A stretch of 64,000 nucleotides of DNA from Takakia lepidozioides. Taxonomy: Eukaryota; Plantae; Bryophyta. Positions 1 to 13,837 of the stretch are shown here, one piece after another (the stretch's first letter is position 1; each line of letters opens with the position of its first letter). Both the position numbers and the translations under genes were made by a program. Under the pieces are notes generated by a model that did not search any database, was not told where the DNA came from, and was given only the letters and a program-made list of their open reading frames with translations. The stretch spans positions 23,436,001 to 23,500,000 of the forward strand of contig CM060732.1 of NCBI GenBank assembly GCA_030704615.1, read 5' to 3'.

Positions 1-365
1 AGGACAGTAGTCTCTACCATCCCATCCATGGATCTGTGCAAAAGTTGCAACACCACTCTGGTGTAACTTTTCAACCCACACCAGAGATATCAAGCATACC
101 GTTTACCTTCTTTATCTCCCTTTGGTATTCAATATGAAGAAGTTATTATCAATATCATCATCATCTCTCACTGACTTGCTCCTTGAACTGTTAATGAAAT
201 AGAGCCTGGTTCTACCCCTCAAGGAACTAGCAAGGCAAGACTGAGAGTCAGCCTTACCATGGATAGCTAGTGGTGGCTACATACATACAGCAGACCCCCC
301 AACATAGTGGACCAAAAGAATAGGCAATTGATCCAAATATGACCAAAATTCAAAGATGTGTTAAA

Positions 366-3196
366 TCAATGAGAGGGCGGCCCAGTCCCGTTCATCAAGG
401 TGGTGCTATTTTCCAACTGCTTTTGCAAGTTCCGGAGCTCTCGCCGCAGCTGTAATACCTCAGCAGAGACGTCGGTTGCCTTTAGCTCTTGTTTTAGCTT
501 CTTAACCTCCTGTTCCAGTGACATCACTCGCCTCTCTTGTTCGTTAAGAGTCAATAGCACATCACCATTGTCAACGGCCTCAGCCCTGTTGGCAAGTGAC
601 AACGCCTGCAAAACCAGAACCTACATCCTTAGAATATTGATGAGAAAAACAGGAACAATGATAGCTGGAGCAAGTATGTTTCCTCCTGACCAGTTAGGTC
701 ACTAACTCCTGAAAGGAGCTGGTAATAGCCACTAACACAAGGAGAGCAAGTTGGTTGCTCCATTCTCCACTTTAAGGACTGAAAAGGCCCTGGGTGACCA
801 AAAGGCAAGATTATCCCTGAAATCTAGATGGACAGCATAACATAACCTTGCCCATAGGGGATGCCCGGGACCATTTACAGTCTGGCTATGATGCACTACA
901 AACCAACTGGGTGGACAGATCAACAGCAGCAGCACTTAGATGCAAGGTGCTCCTAGAGCTACAAGAAAACCACATTCCTCCCTTCTAACTTATTCCATGG
1001 AGGGATCTGTCCCCTAAAGGGAAATGACCAAGACAGAAGTGGTGAACCTTTTCAAGAAGCACAATACGCTGGCTTTGGTTTCCCACTGAAATTTCGTGCT
1101 TTTGCACAGACTGGAGAACCTGTAGCAAATGCTGCCCCATAAACTCAACACAATGTTGCTCCAACACACCCTGCCGCCATACAGCCACCATAGCCCCCCT
1201 TAAAATCAACCCTCTGCAATAAGAGTTCACCCTAAAACTCATGATAATCCATTCTTAAAAGCAAATATGGATCCTGCACAAAATGTTAGGAATCTCCCCT
1301 ACACATTCAGTCTCAAAATATAATGTCTTTCCCCGCTTTCCTTTCCTGTACCATCCAAGAACCTCATGCGTACAGAGGGCCACCACAAGCGCCATGTGGT
1401 GGGAAAACAAATACGCACGCTCTTTGTCACATGGCTAAAACTCTCCCTACTAAAGCATAGCACACTCAACAAGCTACCCACCTGTGGCATTGTATACAGG
1501 CACCCAACTTGCTGGAACGGGCAATTCACCGATTTCATTGGGCACACAGTAAGACAGTGTTTGTCCATCTCGCCCCGTGCCACCATAGCCCCACATTGTT
1601 GTTTGCATGAAAGCAGCTTGAAGTGGCAGGATGCATCATGGGCAGTCGCATGCAGTGCTGAAAAGACATGACCACAGTTCTCATTTTTGCAAGTCACTGG
1701 CCTTAACAAGCACCTCATCTTGTGCTCAGCAAATTCCTCGTTGTTATCAAATTTCATCTCACAGTGATGGATTTTGCTGCGATCAACTCGTTTGAGCAAT
1801 GCCTTGGCCAGCACCTAAGAGCCACCAAAACAAGAAAATAAACATGGGAAGAGATGGAACCGAATTGGCTTGCATGTGCTAGAGGCAGAAAAAGGTCAAG
1901 TCAATCATTATCAGCTTCACAATGAACTCACACAAATATTCTGGTGCACCCTTGCAGATATATAGTACGACACAAAGGAACATGCAATCACCCTCATTCA
2001 TGCGTGCCTAAGCAAATCCCTTTTGTCTTCTACAACTTCACTCTATTCAAGTCAATTTTCTCTTTGCAGAGAACAACCAAGGCATAAAAAATAGATCCCA
2101 TATTTTCCCAACAACCACCTTACGAGTGATTTGATTCTACAAAGTTGAAACCTCCATCCCCAGGTCCTTCAGAGAATGATTTTCAGCAGATGTAAAGCAT
2201 CTGACTAAGTCAAAATAACAGTCAGAGGTTAAGCTGATCACAATTTTACCTCACGACGTCCGGTCATCCACACACCTGTGCGGTCCACCTCCTGGACAAA
2301 GTCATCAATCTTGTCATCCCTTTTTTCACTGTACAGTAATTTACTTGAAACCCGGGTGAAAAGGTTCTTCTTTGAGCGCACAAAACCCTCCAATATGTCA
2401 TCCACAACCTTCGATGGATTCGAGACCTGTTCAAGGAGCATGTGCCTCCAGAATAGTTCAGTATAGCCAATAATGATGAAAATACTTTGCTCTGGCACAG
2501 ACTTCATCACACTCCATGAACGACCACTAGCCAACATTCAACTATTAACTAATTCCTTCCATTTTCAGGTTCCAAGCCAAACCATGTCAGGTTCACCCAA
2601 ATGAAACAAAGGAATGGTGTAATGAAATTGATCCTTTCATGGTTTCTAAGCCAAGTCCAAACAACAGGACCCTTGGAATAAAATCCATGAGCAAGTAAAT
2701 ATTCTACAATGTGTTATTTATTACTACCCTAAAGGATATGTACTCTTCTGGTGATGTAACCAGATTCCCAAATACAACTACCTGGTTAATAATTACTTAA
2801 GGGCAGGGGCACAAGGCTACACCCCAGCCTGAACTGGACTGTAATGTCTCTCGCTAATGATACCAAAGGGTTCAAGCAAGTGATCCACTAACAGTTTGGA
2901 AGTCAAGGCCATGATGGAGTTCTCACCTGACCCATTCCCTGCGAGCTCACAACACCGCTCCCACTGGCATATGCCTCAGTCTGGTGGTGTAAGTACTCAA
3001 GCATCTCCTTCTTGACCTCTGGCAACACTGCGGCGGGCTGGCTGAAAGGGTCCCCAGCTGTCTTCTCCACACAGGCTGTGCCAAGGGTGACCAGCAGAGA
3101 ATGCGCAATGTGCTGCACTTGGTCCACCTCATAGAACCCACACTCTTGTAGAACAGGTGCTGCCGCCTGCTTTTCCTCCCCTGCAAATGCACCCAA
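366..3196 (-). CDS. TRAF-type zinc-finger / coiled-coil protein, multi-exon (approx. exons 3181-2928, 2428-2250, 1815-1483, 1171-1049, 606-366); start probably in an upstream exon ending near 4376
   Basis: ORF pieces joined by GT-AG boundaries; TRAF-like Zn motifs (CLLRPVTCKNENC..H...C, CKQQC...H..CPMKSVNCPFQQVGC...HC) and a C-terminal coiled coil (LEQEVKKLKQELK). 5' end not resolved. Confidence 0.8.
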
Positions 3197-6100
3197 TGCA
3201 GTTTTTGTCTACACCTGAATGCTGAACTCTGAAATGTTTGTGGAACTAGTCACCCAATAACTGATGAGACCTGACATATAAGTGTGATGCAGTGTCCCTT
3301 TATCTATGTAAGAAATTTCAGCTCGCATTTTAGAAATTTCGGATTGTTGCCCCCCTGGGGTTACCTCGTCAGCCCCAGAGCCAACAAACAATTCTCTTTT
3401 TTGTGGCATAAGTAATGAAAAGGAAGTAACTGCGATGAGACAACCTATGACCGAATGGCACACTAAGGTATAGTCACTGACAAACCCTTCATCTGCGGAT
3501 CACGTGGGCGCCTATGAAGAACCTACAAAAGAAACTTCAAAACCCAGAAATCCTGTCAATGAATTCTTCACCAAATCTGGCAAGGTCCTTCCACGACAAA
3601 TCACAGCTGTCATGGAGTCACCCACTTGGAGGTTATCTCAGAATGAATCATTCTGTCCACGCACTGGGTCTGGTTGCAATAATTTGGTGACCTATCTCTG
3701 TGTAGCAACGACTGAGTGCATCATACCCTCATGATAGGAAAGACATTGGTTCTCACTGTTTTTTAACAGCTGATCTGTATATCCAGTACAACTCTATTAG
3801 AGAAGTTCACCTTTAAATGAAAAGGGGCTCAGAAGGCAAAGGGAACTGTTATAATTTATCCCCCAGTCCCGGGGTAACTATGGGCTACAAGTTCTTAGTG
3901 GTTCAGACGTCAATGCGAAAAGAAGATGTGCCTCCCGTAGGACCTCGGGTGCTCATTCAGCTACTCATCAGATAGACTCAGAGCTTCCGATGACAGTCCA
4001 CTTCCCAGTCTCAGTAACACTTAGGTGCTTAGCATAGAGGGTAAAGAGGCTGGGTCATGGCTTACTCATCAATTCAAAGCCTTCCTTTCATCTTTCTGTG
4101 TGAGATATAGCGGTAAAGAATGATTTCGGATCTGACAGGCGATTATGACATTGAGAGTGACCTTCCACAAGAGACTCCACAGTAAGCGCATGGCAACAAG
4201 GGCCCTAGGAACTCCTCCGATCCCAAACGCCCACCGACCACAAGCACAAAATGCTTTGAAAATTTACAAACCGAGAAACAACCGTAGGTGTTCCAAGGCG
4301 CACAGAGGATCATTCAGGCTTTTCAAATCATGTCTAGGCTGTTGTTGACCTTCAAAATAGCATCCAAACACTCACCTCCTCCATCACCCGCAGAAGGTCC
4401 GAGACCTCCTCGCAGCGATCCAAAGGACAGCATCAATTCAAATGGAGCCTGTGTCACTGCCCGCAGCGCTCATCCCCCCAACCGTGACGCGCTACTGCTG
4501 TGGCACCACTTGCCTCCCACCATGCAGGACATGAACAGAAAAAGACAATGGAGGGTTTCATGTATCGGCTGACACCAAGTTGTACAGGTCAGATTAGAAC
4601 TTGCTCCCAGCTAATCAACTCCGTGGTTCCAACCACTACAACACGAAAGCAGGTAAAGCCGGGAACACTCCCCGATGTGCTGAATTCCAAGCCTGTTCCC
4701 GGTGTATGTGACTGGAAGCACAGAAAAAGAGCTAATGACATATTGTCGAAGAGAACTTCTCCATTCCCTCCCACCTGTCCCCAAGATAATGAAGAGGACG
4801 AATTGAGAAACTTGCAACACCCCAACCAGACCCCTGCGCCTGGATTGGTGCCGCGTCCTAGGCAATTGACTCCAAACAAGCCTACAGATGCCTCAATTCT
4901 GTGTGCTCCAACCCGTGCCAGTCTAGTGGAAACACTGAAACTCTACTAATTTTCTGAACTATTCGAGCATCGCTTCACATGTGAGACAGCAAGGGAGAAA
5001 CACTGAGCAGGAGAGAAAAGCAACTCCCTCTCAGCTTTGAAATTTCCCCAAAAACAAATCCCTCGAAGAATTGAAGCTCTCTCAGCTTCACGCATGCAGA
5101 TGCTCCTCCCCAGGCAGATTTCAGGCCAAGCTCGATCGAAGCCAACCCGAAGCAGCTCCCACAGACAGGCCCTAGAGCGAGAAAACAGAGAGTGCGGGAA
5201 GGAGACCTTCATATACGTGCGCGCCTCGACCGCGGTCAACCGCGCGGTACACCGACGATTGCACTGTGCTCAATCCGGATCCTTCTACAGTACTGCGGTG
5301 AACTGCGTGGAGCACGGATATGTGACAGAGTTCATCCAAATCCGCACGAGGCAGTAAATATCTCGGACCGTGGATGACTAGTAATTAGCGTCGACTTGGA
5401 AACGAGTGATAGCCGGTCCGGCGAAAGAAATGGCGATTGGGCTAAAGAAAGCGCCGTCCAGTGCGTGAGGCGCCGGAACCGCGCGGCCGGGCGCGTGCCC
5501 GCCACATGGCCCATATTCGTACGTACTCGCCTCACAAAGTACGTATTCATATAGAGTCACGTTGTGGGGGGACAAATGGATGTCCGGATGACGTGGCTCT
5601 GTCACACCAAAAATACATCTGCTGACGGACGTCGGGCAGCGACAGACGGCGACAAACGTTGTCCATAAAGGGAAACCCTAACCGCCGCCCGCCGCCGGCA
5701 TATCAACGGCCCCGAGTTTCGTGCCGCATGTGCCTGTTACTGATTATCCACATACGCCAGCGTACAAACCAGTGGGTAAAAACATTACGGATCGTGGCCG
5801 GGGGGGGGCCCTACACATGTTTGAATGCGGAAAGCACGGTGAGACCTGAGCAGTGCCGTTAGGGCTGCTGGTAAGCATGGGCAGGGTGTGGAGTCTGGAG
5901 TGGCATCAATTGAGCAAGGGTGGTAGGGTAACTTAGTAAGTAGTGTTCAATTGAGATGAACCACATGTGAGGATTGCTTGTGGGCTATGGATTGGTTGCA
6001 TGGAATGACATAACTACTAACTGCCTTAACCCTTAAACGCCCGCTGGGCCCATTTTGGGCTTCCCACATGATGTAAATGGGTTTGGAGATCGCACATGTT

Positions 6101-6730
6101 ACTCAAATCTGGATATTAAAAATGTATGGAGACGGGCTCCCCGTGTAGGTCTCAGATTTGGAAGGGATTGCCCTAATTCAGGATGAGTAATTTCATATAT
6201 ATGACGTCAACCGAAGCTAGCGTAAATAAGAGCCTCTTCCCCCTTGCGGGTACTGCCCCCTTACAAGAGTAATCTCACTTTGAGTGAGAGGGGTCACTAC
6301 CGGCTCGCTCCTCAGTTGTGCACTTGTCTTCTGGTACTTTGCGTTTGGCTCCTGTGACTTCGCGCGCTTTCTTACTTTGTGTGGAGTGTTTGCAGGTGGC
6401 CATTTTGTGTACAGGGAGCCATTGTGTCTTCCTTTCTTGCGTGTGCATTACAAGCAGCCGCCATCAGTTAGTATGTAGGAATTTGAGGCATATCTAATAT
6501 GTTTGTGAGATCTTCACTTTGTGTTGTGCTTGAGAGAGTGTGTGCAGAGAAGGTGGAAGGCAAAAGGAGAAGGAAGGCTAAGGTCTCTTCATTGCAACAC
6601 GATTATTGTTCTCCAATAGACGGCGTCTGTTAGAGAGAGTGGACAAGGTTTGTGCATGTGCTATGTGTTCTGGAATATTCCCCATCCTCCGCATGCGCAT
6701 TTAGCTACTAAGGCTGCTGTCATCACAGTT

Positions 6731-6843
6731 CCCTAACCAATGCACCCTAATTTTGGATGCACCACTTGAGCAAATTGGTCAAGTATGGGAAGACTTGCTC
6801 AAGTGATGCAGTACCCTAACCGATTATGGTGCATCGGTTAGGG
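6731..6843. repeat. Small nested inverted repeat (MITE-like hairpin)
   Basis: CCCTAACCAATGCACC pairs with GGTGCATCGGTTAGGG, and inner TGCACCACTTGAGCAA pairs with TTGCTCAAGTGATGCA (one mismatch each). Confidence 0.6.
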
Positions 6844-7679
6844 CAGCCATGGCTCTTGCAAGAGCCCACATGGATAAGGTAAGACATAAAAAGAGGGTAG
6901 AAATGAGTCTTTCCAATATGGGGAGGTACATCAGAGTGCCGAGGTGGTAGTTGGAGATCAATTGGAAGTTCTAATGGCGTAAGCCAATCCCCCAAAGAGA
7001 CTCTCTCTCGCATGTCGCCGCCGAGATCTCGGGCGTTGACAAGGGCCTCTCTGCGAGCCCAACTGCTCATATCAATCTCAGCTTGGTTTGGCAAGCAACC
7101 TCTCCTCAAGATAGTGCACAGCTCTTGACATCATTGGTGATTCCAATTTCGGCCACCATTGCCTCTGAGCATGCGCCTCTGGCATGTTTCTTTTTTTCCA
7201 TCTTCAAGTTTTATTTATTTGTTTGACTGTTTAATTAATGTGTCTTTGATTTTTTTGCTCAAGTGTTGATATGTGAGGGTCTAACTCACTTTAATTGGGC
7301 ACACCCCGCCAACTTGCACCCTTGAGAGGCCTATTGTAATTGATGAGGGGGCTGCAGAGAGACGTGGACAAAGAAAGAAAAAGAGTGAGGCTAACATTGG
7401 GAGAGGGAAAAATCCGGTAAGAGAGAAGCCCCACCCAAGAAAAAACGTCGCAATGACACAGCCTTAGAATTGTTGAGTATTGACAAGGAGATGGGAGAGG
7501 GTAGTAGTGCACTTGGAGATGACAAAGGGGAGGGTTTGGGACGGATGCATTGTTCAAGGGAGGGAAACGAAAGAAGGGTCGAAACAAGAGAGGGCAAATG
7601 GAGGGAACTGTCTGGAAAGTCCACCCTATATTGTAGTGAACAACAACGGCTTTCCCAATGGAGAGTATTGAAGAAGAGG

Positions 7680-7700
7680 TTTAGGGTTTAGGGTTTAGGG
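7680..7700 (+). repeat. Interstitial plant telomere-type repeat (TTTAGGG)x3
   Basis: Read directly from the sequence. Confidence 0.85.
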
Positions 7701-7749
7701 TTCACTAGAGATTGTCTTCCCAAAAGCGGCCGGTGGTTTCCTTGTCATG

Positions 7750-10191
7750 CGGATTAGCAACAACAACCATGGGAGCTAATTTGTACGGGGTTTATAGATG
7801 AGTTGGAGAGGATGTTTGGGGGTCGTTGGAGTGAGACCCGATTGATGGAGCTCATTGGAAAGAACTTGAAGGACAGACGATACCAAGCTCGCAGGGAGAA
7901 TCGGCAAGCAATGAAGGCCAAAGTCATTCCCATAAAACCTACTATGGTGACCAAGGTTTGATACTCAAACCTTGATCCTTTCTCTTTTCATATGTGGTGA
8001 AAAAATAGAATGTATACTTGTATTTGAAGAGCTAAACTGTGGTGGTTGGTCCATGCGTAGGAGTCTTGGGAGGTCCTCATGATTGCCGAGGAGACCGATG
8101 CCAAGAAACATAACCAATTTGCAAAGGGATGTGAGTCAGCCACCTTACGCCTAGAGAAGGTGGATATACACAGGCATGGTGCAGGAGAGGTTAAGTTGTT
8201 CACCACCCACTTTGTAAGCTCTTCAATATCTTTACATGTCAATTTGTTCACATTTTATTTATGTCTATATTTTTTCTTTCTATATCTATAACATACACTA
8301 ATTTAATTTGTTTATACTGTGTAGCATCGTAGGTTTGGGAGATCCCCTACAAAGGATGAATTGGAGCATGCCAACTCTGAGGGGTACCCGATCCCTATTG
8401 AGCACATACAAGCGGCTAAGGTCGCATTTGGGGAGCCTATGGGACTAAAGTTGCATATATGGGAGGTAGTCAGAGTAAGGATACCCACGAGGTTGAGGGT
8501 GAGGTTGGTGAGGATGAGGATGAGGATCTTTTAGATCAGTACGACAACACGCCCTCGGAGACATTGTAGGGATATGCATGCATAGTGTATTGGACCTACT
8601 TGTCCATTTGAACCCCTCTTGGGGTCAGATGTAATTTCCAATTTATGTTAGATTTAAACAACTATCTCAAGAGCACATTGGTTATACAAGGGTATGCATG
8701 TATAATCCGAATTGCGTTTGGGACGAATATGAATTTTGTATAAACAAAATTTTCGGTCTGTATTCAAAACCCAGCCCTAGGGGGTCACTTACGCCGCTCC
8801 ATTTTATCAATTGTTTCATCAGAGCGACCCCCTGGAGATCGTTTTACAGCTACTAGGGTAGTCTGTGCCGTTGGCCCAAGTGTCAAGTGTCATCTAAGCC
8901 CCTATGTATGCAAGTGCGTCTCCTATGTCGAGGCCCAAGTGCAACCTCTAGGGTAGCTTCTGCCGTGTCATCTAATTCCAAATGCATTTTTTTTCCACAG
9001 AGCCTACGACCAGATTTGAACCAGAGACCTTTCCCTTGATATCTCTCCTCTCGAGGCTCCAACCATTGTCCCAGGAATTCCCACTTTGCTATTTTTCGGG
9101 AATTTCCAGCGACCCAAAGTACTTGAAATTCCACATCTCCCACACCGTAGGTCCAAAAATCATGAGACCAAGCCCGTGCACCCCTCCTCGTCGAGGGCTT
9201 TCCAACGGTACCAAGCACGAGAGCTGGGGCCTCGCAGTTGGGGACATCTCAAATCTACAAAACAAACAAAACAAACAAAACAAATCAAATCATATATTGA
9301 TTTGTAGTTGTTTTTAAAGCGACCCCTGGGGTCGTTTTGCATCAATTATGGGTCGTTTTTTTGAGCGGCTCCTGGGGTCGTTTTTTTTTTTTTTGGTTTT
9401 TTAAATAACAGGGGACAGTGCCCCTGGATGTGGTTTTATCGAGGGTCGCTTTACAAGTGAATTCCCTTCATAGACTATTTTAAAATAAATTACAAATTAA
9501 AATAAAAAATTCATTGTCCCGCTTTTTTAGAGGGGGTCGCTTTTGCATATGCATTATTGTTTCTGAAACATTAAACAACAAATTTTTAAGAAATGACTGT
9601 CCTGTCGCTTTTGCAAAGCGACTCCCTTGGGTGCTTGTGCATTCTCTCATTCATTTTTTTATTTTAACAATTAAAAAAAATTAAAAAACAAAAATGGCTG
9701 TCCCGATCACTTTTTAAGAGCAACCTTTTGTTATTGTCTCCTTCATTTTTTATTCTTAAGAATTATATAATATTTTAAAAAATAAAAATGGCTGTTCTGT
9801 TGCTTGTTTAGAGTGACCCATGGTGTCACTTTGGCATTGTTTCCTTTTTATTTTAACAATTAAACAATATTTTTCTTAAAAAATAATTGCAGTCCCATCG
9901 CTTTTTTAGAGTGACCCCCCCTGGTTCCCTTGTAGAGGGCTATTTTTCTACTTGGTTAGCGACTTTCAGGGGGTCACTTTTTGGGGCTTGCCGGGCTGGT
10001 TTGGAGCGACCCACACGGGGTTGCTCTAACTTCGCCAAAAACCTGACGGCCTCATAATGACGCCGGAGTGACTCCTGGGGCGTCACTTTTTATGACTTTG
10101 CTGGGGGTCCGAAAAATGTCAAAAAAGACTCCCTGCTGTTATTTTGGGATCATAACCTTCCCCCCCCCCCTTTTTCGTTATCGCAATAGTG
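7750..10191 (+). mobile_element. Degenerate CACTA (En/Spm)-like element: TnpA/Ptta-like remnants plus subterminal repeats and a TAGTG end
   Basis: Broken coding pieces (QQQPWELIC..ELERMFGGRW..LKDRR; IHRHGAG; FGRSPTKDELE); many AGCGACCC/GGGTCGCT motifs in both orientations 8780-10130; ends ...CAATAGTG at 10191. Left terminus not found. Confidence 0.5.
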
Positions 10192-10291
10192 TTTCATCTA
10201 CTTGATGGTCCTTGCATACATGCCGATCTCATTAGTAGCTGGGACATGCTACAATTTGATGTAGGCTGTGTGTTTCGTAGGTACTTGTAGG

Positions 10292-10710
10292 TGTCACGGT
10301 TTTAGTGATGGTTAACTAGAATTACCTACTTCTAGTTAACTAGGACATTTTGGATATTTATATTTGTATTTTGTATGTTGGGACTTCATTTGGTTTCACA
10401 TGCCAAGTGAGGTGTCAAACTTCACTTGGGACATGGGGATGGTTTTCCCCTTGTGAGTGTTGAGGAGGGCTCATCTTCTTGTAGTGATAATGAAAGTGAA
10501 CACAATGGAAACACTCCACTCATGAATCCACTCAATCACATAAACTAAGTCAAGCCAAGGGCACCATTGCTAAGGGAATCCACCCTACAAAACCCTCAAC
10601 ACACTCCCTCTCAATACCTAGAGATTGTGGCATAACTTTCTAGGATTGTGTGCTTAGAATGTATGGTGGACAGCGATGTATGTTGTGGCACGATGCTTAG
10701 GTGCACGACA
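10292..10710. mobile_element. Possible solo LTR
   Basis: Begins TGTCACG, ends CACGACA, flanked by TAGG on both sides (4-bp putative TSD); no coding capacity. Confidence 0.4.
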
Positions 10711-12344
10711 TAGGCACAAAGGGTGCAACTAGAGGTATTCAATTTTCCTCGCTTCCTTCACACCTTTTATTTCCAGCACTTATTTTTCGGGTAGTATAAA
10801 TAAGCTAAGGACCGTCAATCCTCCTTTCGGCCTTCGAAACTTGCTGACCATATTATAGTCGTACGTAAATAGATTGACCAATCTTGAAAACATCAGAATA
10901 GACAACATTGCGGTCATGTGCTTGGTCTGGCAACCTCAGTTGAGGCAATGTTACTCTTAGTTGTTTTTTTCAGTTTTCTTTGTTTGTTATCCAAATTATG
11001 TAAGCTAAATGGTGGCTTCAACCCATTGCATTAGGTAATCAGTGGCTACAACAACGTAGGCATGTCCTTTAGATGTGGGTTTTAAAGGTATGACAAAATC
11101 GAGTCCAACCCGTGCAAAGGGTTCTATTACTGGGATGCACTACATGGGGAGTGGAGCTTGGGTCCTAGCCAGTACGGTCTTAGCATGACATGACACACAA
11201 TATTGCGCAACGTAGGTAGAGACATCCTTCACTAAGCCCTTCCAATGGTACTGCTCCTGCAATTTTTTGACTGTTCTGGTCACTCCAAAATGTTCAGCAA
11301 ATGATGAAATAACTCAAGCAAGGCAGGCCGTAGGGGGAATTTCCACAATAGTTGAACCTTCCAAAGTAATAATTCTATAAAATTTCTCTTCATTATTCCT
11401 GTAATATGACAAATGATAGTCGACTTGCCTCATGAGCTGCTTGAATATGCCACTAAGGTAAATGCCGGTCTTGCCCTTGTGAAATAGAGTAGCGTACAAT
11501 GGATCATCGGTACCTGCAACACTCACCGCAGGTTAGTGTAGGAGAATGGAAAATGTCTACCCCCGTTGTCTTCCCTTCTGAGTATCCTAACTTCTTTTCA
11601 GATCCAGGTTGCCTATGAGGTTGCAAGCAGGCCTTAAGAATAGCTCAATTCCCTTGTCAGAGTTATTCTTCCTGGCAGGTAGTATCAGGTGCTTCCATTA
11701 TCATGATTCCACAATTGTGATATCTGATATAGTGCACGTCTCGTTGCTAGTCCCCCGCACTCTGTCCTTTGATATGATCTATTTGAATATTCTTATGTCT
11801 ATTCGTGCAGGATGTGCCCAGACCACTGCTGCTTCTACTTCCTAGCTTAATGATTTCTTTGATAGTTCTGCGTACTAGTCTCCAGCATCACCATGTAAGC
11901 ATTTGGTGTTTCTACCACATATAGTTTTGTCCTCCACTCACCTTGCAGATGAGGTTTTTTCACATGAGTTTTTTCATCCCTTTTGTATCGGATGCTTTTA
12001 TCTTTTTGATAGTTCTTTTAGTGACCATTTCAGTTTTTGAAGTTTGAACCTCCGCTCATGGGAGCTCGCTTGTTTCCATAGCCAACATGCATCACATATG
12101 TGGGGCAAAATTCCACCCCTAGCTTTATTCCTCATAAAAGATGGATGAAAAGGGACAAAGGCAGGCTGATATTACTAGATTTAGGGATTTGTCTTACCCT
12201 AACAGCTAGTTTAGAATCATGATTAGGATTTCAGCTGGTGAGGTGGCAAGTTGGGTGATGTGATGTGAATGTCCCCTATAACTTTGTCACATGGCCTCTT
12301 GTTTAGATTCGGTTTCCATTCTATTTGACCAGGGAGGTTATGTT

Positions 12345-12694
12345 CATTGTGGGGCGGTTATTTAGATTTCTCTCTAATACCCAACGGTTATCCATCCGGT
12401 ATATATGTATATGACTGGTGGAGGTGAAAAAATGAAGTAACCGGTCCAATTAGGAACCAGCGGAGTTCAGGCTCTCAAATAATCGACCAAATAACCTTTT
12501 AAAGAACTGCCCAATACCCATGGTTATTTGATGAAAATCGCCGGTTATTTGAGGTTTTTGCAAGTAACCGCAACTGCAAGTTATGCCTAGCCATAAAAAA
12601 TTAATAACCGCAACCGCAGGGTTAATAGTTTCCTAAAATTTGAAGCAACTGGACCCGCCGGTTATGAAAAAAATCAAATAACCGCCCAACACTG
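12345..12694. mobile_element. hAT-type MITE
   Basis: Termini CATTGTGGGGCGGTTA ... ACCGCCCAACACTG; perfect 8-bp TSD GTTATGTT; internal AACCG/CGGTT motifs; same family as 54052-54396. Confidence 0.85.
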
Positions 12695-13299
12695 GTTATG
12701 TTATGGTGTTCAAAAGCTGTAGGGGTCCTAAATGAAACGTTGGGGAGAGTCATTTGAGGCACAGTGCTTTCCCTGTTCTTAGCAAAGGTATTGGATGAAT
12801 GTGTGAATCAAGCTGAGGTGCAACTTCCTCTTAGTTTTGCGGACTTACATCCCTTGTGAATTCGTGTGTGCATCGTAGAGGAAGAGGAATAACCCACAAG
12901 AGCGAAGGCAAGTAAATTCCAGCGGAAAGCTGCTGATCAGAGATGCGTCTAACGCTCGCTCTTTTAGATCCATACTGAAGCTGGGTTTTTGAGCTTATCA
13001 TTCCTACTCTTCCTGTGCCTCCAAGAAATGTCCGAGTCAGCAGGAGAGAAGCTACAAGTGATCAGGCTCTCTACCACAAGGGAGCTGGGACCACCATTGG
13101 ACTCTGGATGCAGAACGCCTGGTGCAGATAATGCCGTCTTTACTACCCAAGAGCTGCGAGAATTCAGTAAGAATCAATTTGCAAGCTTGTTGTTTCCTCC
13201 CCATTTTTGATTTGGCCGAGCCCCATGATCCCCTTTCTTCCAAAAAGCAACAAATCATTTAGAAAAATGGATCTGACTCCATACCCCAGGCTCATTTTA

Positions 13300-13770
13300 A
13301 GAGGCCTTACATGGAGTAGATTGAAGGGCTTGGCTCTGGAGCTGAAAGGAGGGGGTGAAGTGGCTCTTGTTTGCCTTTGCAATGCCTGTGCGAGCCTGGC
13401 CTGGTACCTGGAAAAGGGCAAAGATGTCGCTGGTGAGATCATCAAAGATGGAATTATACCATATGTGATTCTGAACAATACCTACTTGACAATGTGGTGT
13501 GCTGTGATTGCAAGATATATACCCAACATGGTGGTCATAGGAAGGCCCTGGATTAAAGGAATGTAAACAAAAAAGCTTCAAGCAGCTGGACAGTATCACC
13601 CTCGTTTTGTATATGTCCAAACTGCATGGAGCCATGTTGGCCTATTGCAGGATGAATTCTGATTTCCCTAGTCAAGCCTGATGGCACACCGACAATGGAA
13701 CATTGTGGACCTTCTTGGCCGTTCGCTGCAATAATGTGGAGGGCCCTGCTTGGTGCCCTGCAAAATTAAT
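13300..13770 (+). pseudogene. PLS-PPR pseudogene, N-terminal part (L/S/P2/L2/S2/start of E1 remnants)
   Basis: CNACASLA..LEKGKDV.GEII..GIIP.VILNNT; PTMEH; DLLGR; IMWRALLGA. Closely resembles the intact PPR at 33-36 kb but has deletions and frameshifts. Confidence 0.75.
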
Positions 13771-13837
13771 ATATAGAAATGTTTCAAAAAGGTATTCTCA
13801 AAGTGGGGAAGACGGAAGGGTGGCATCAATTGCTCGG

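Noticed and set aside
8883-9345. Overlapping ORFs of about 110 aa
   Set aside because: Within repeat/TE subterminal sequence; no domain features.
11314-12050. Possible degenerate gene fragment on the - strand
   Set aside because: Short, contains stops, no recognisable motif; cannot be supported.
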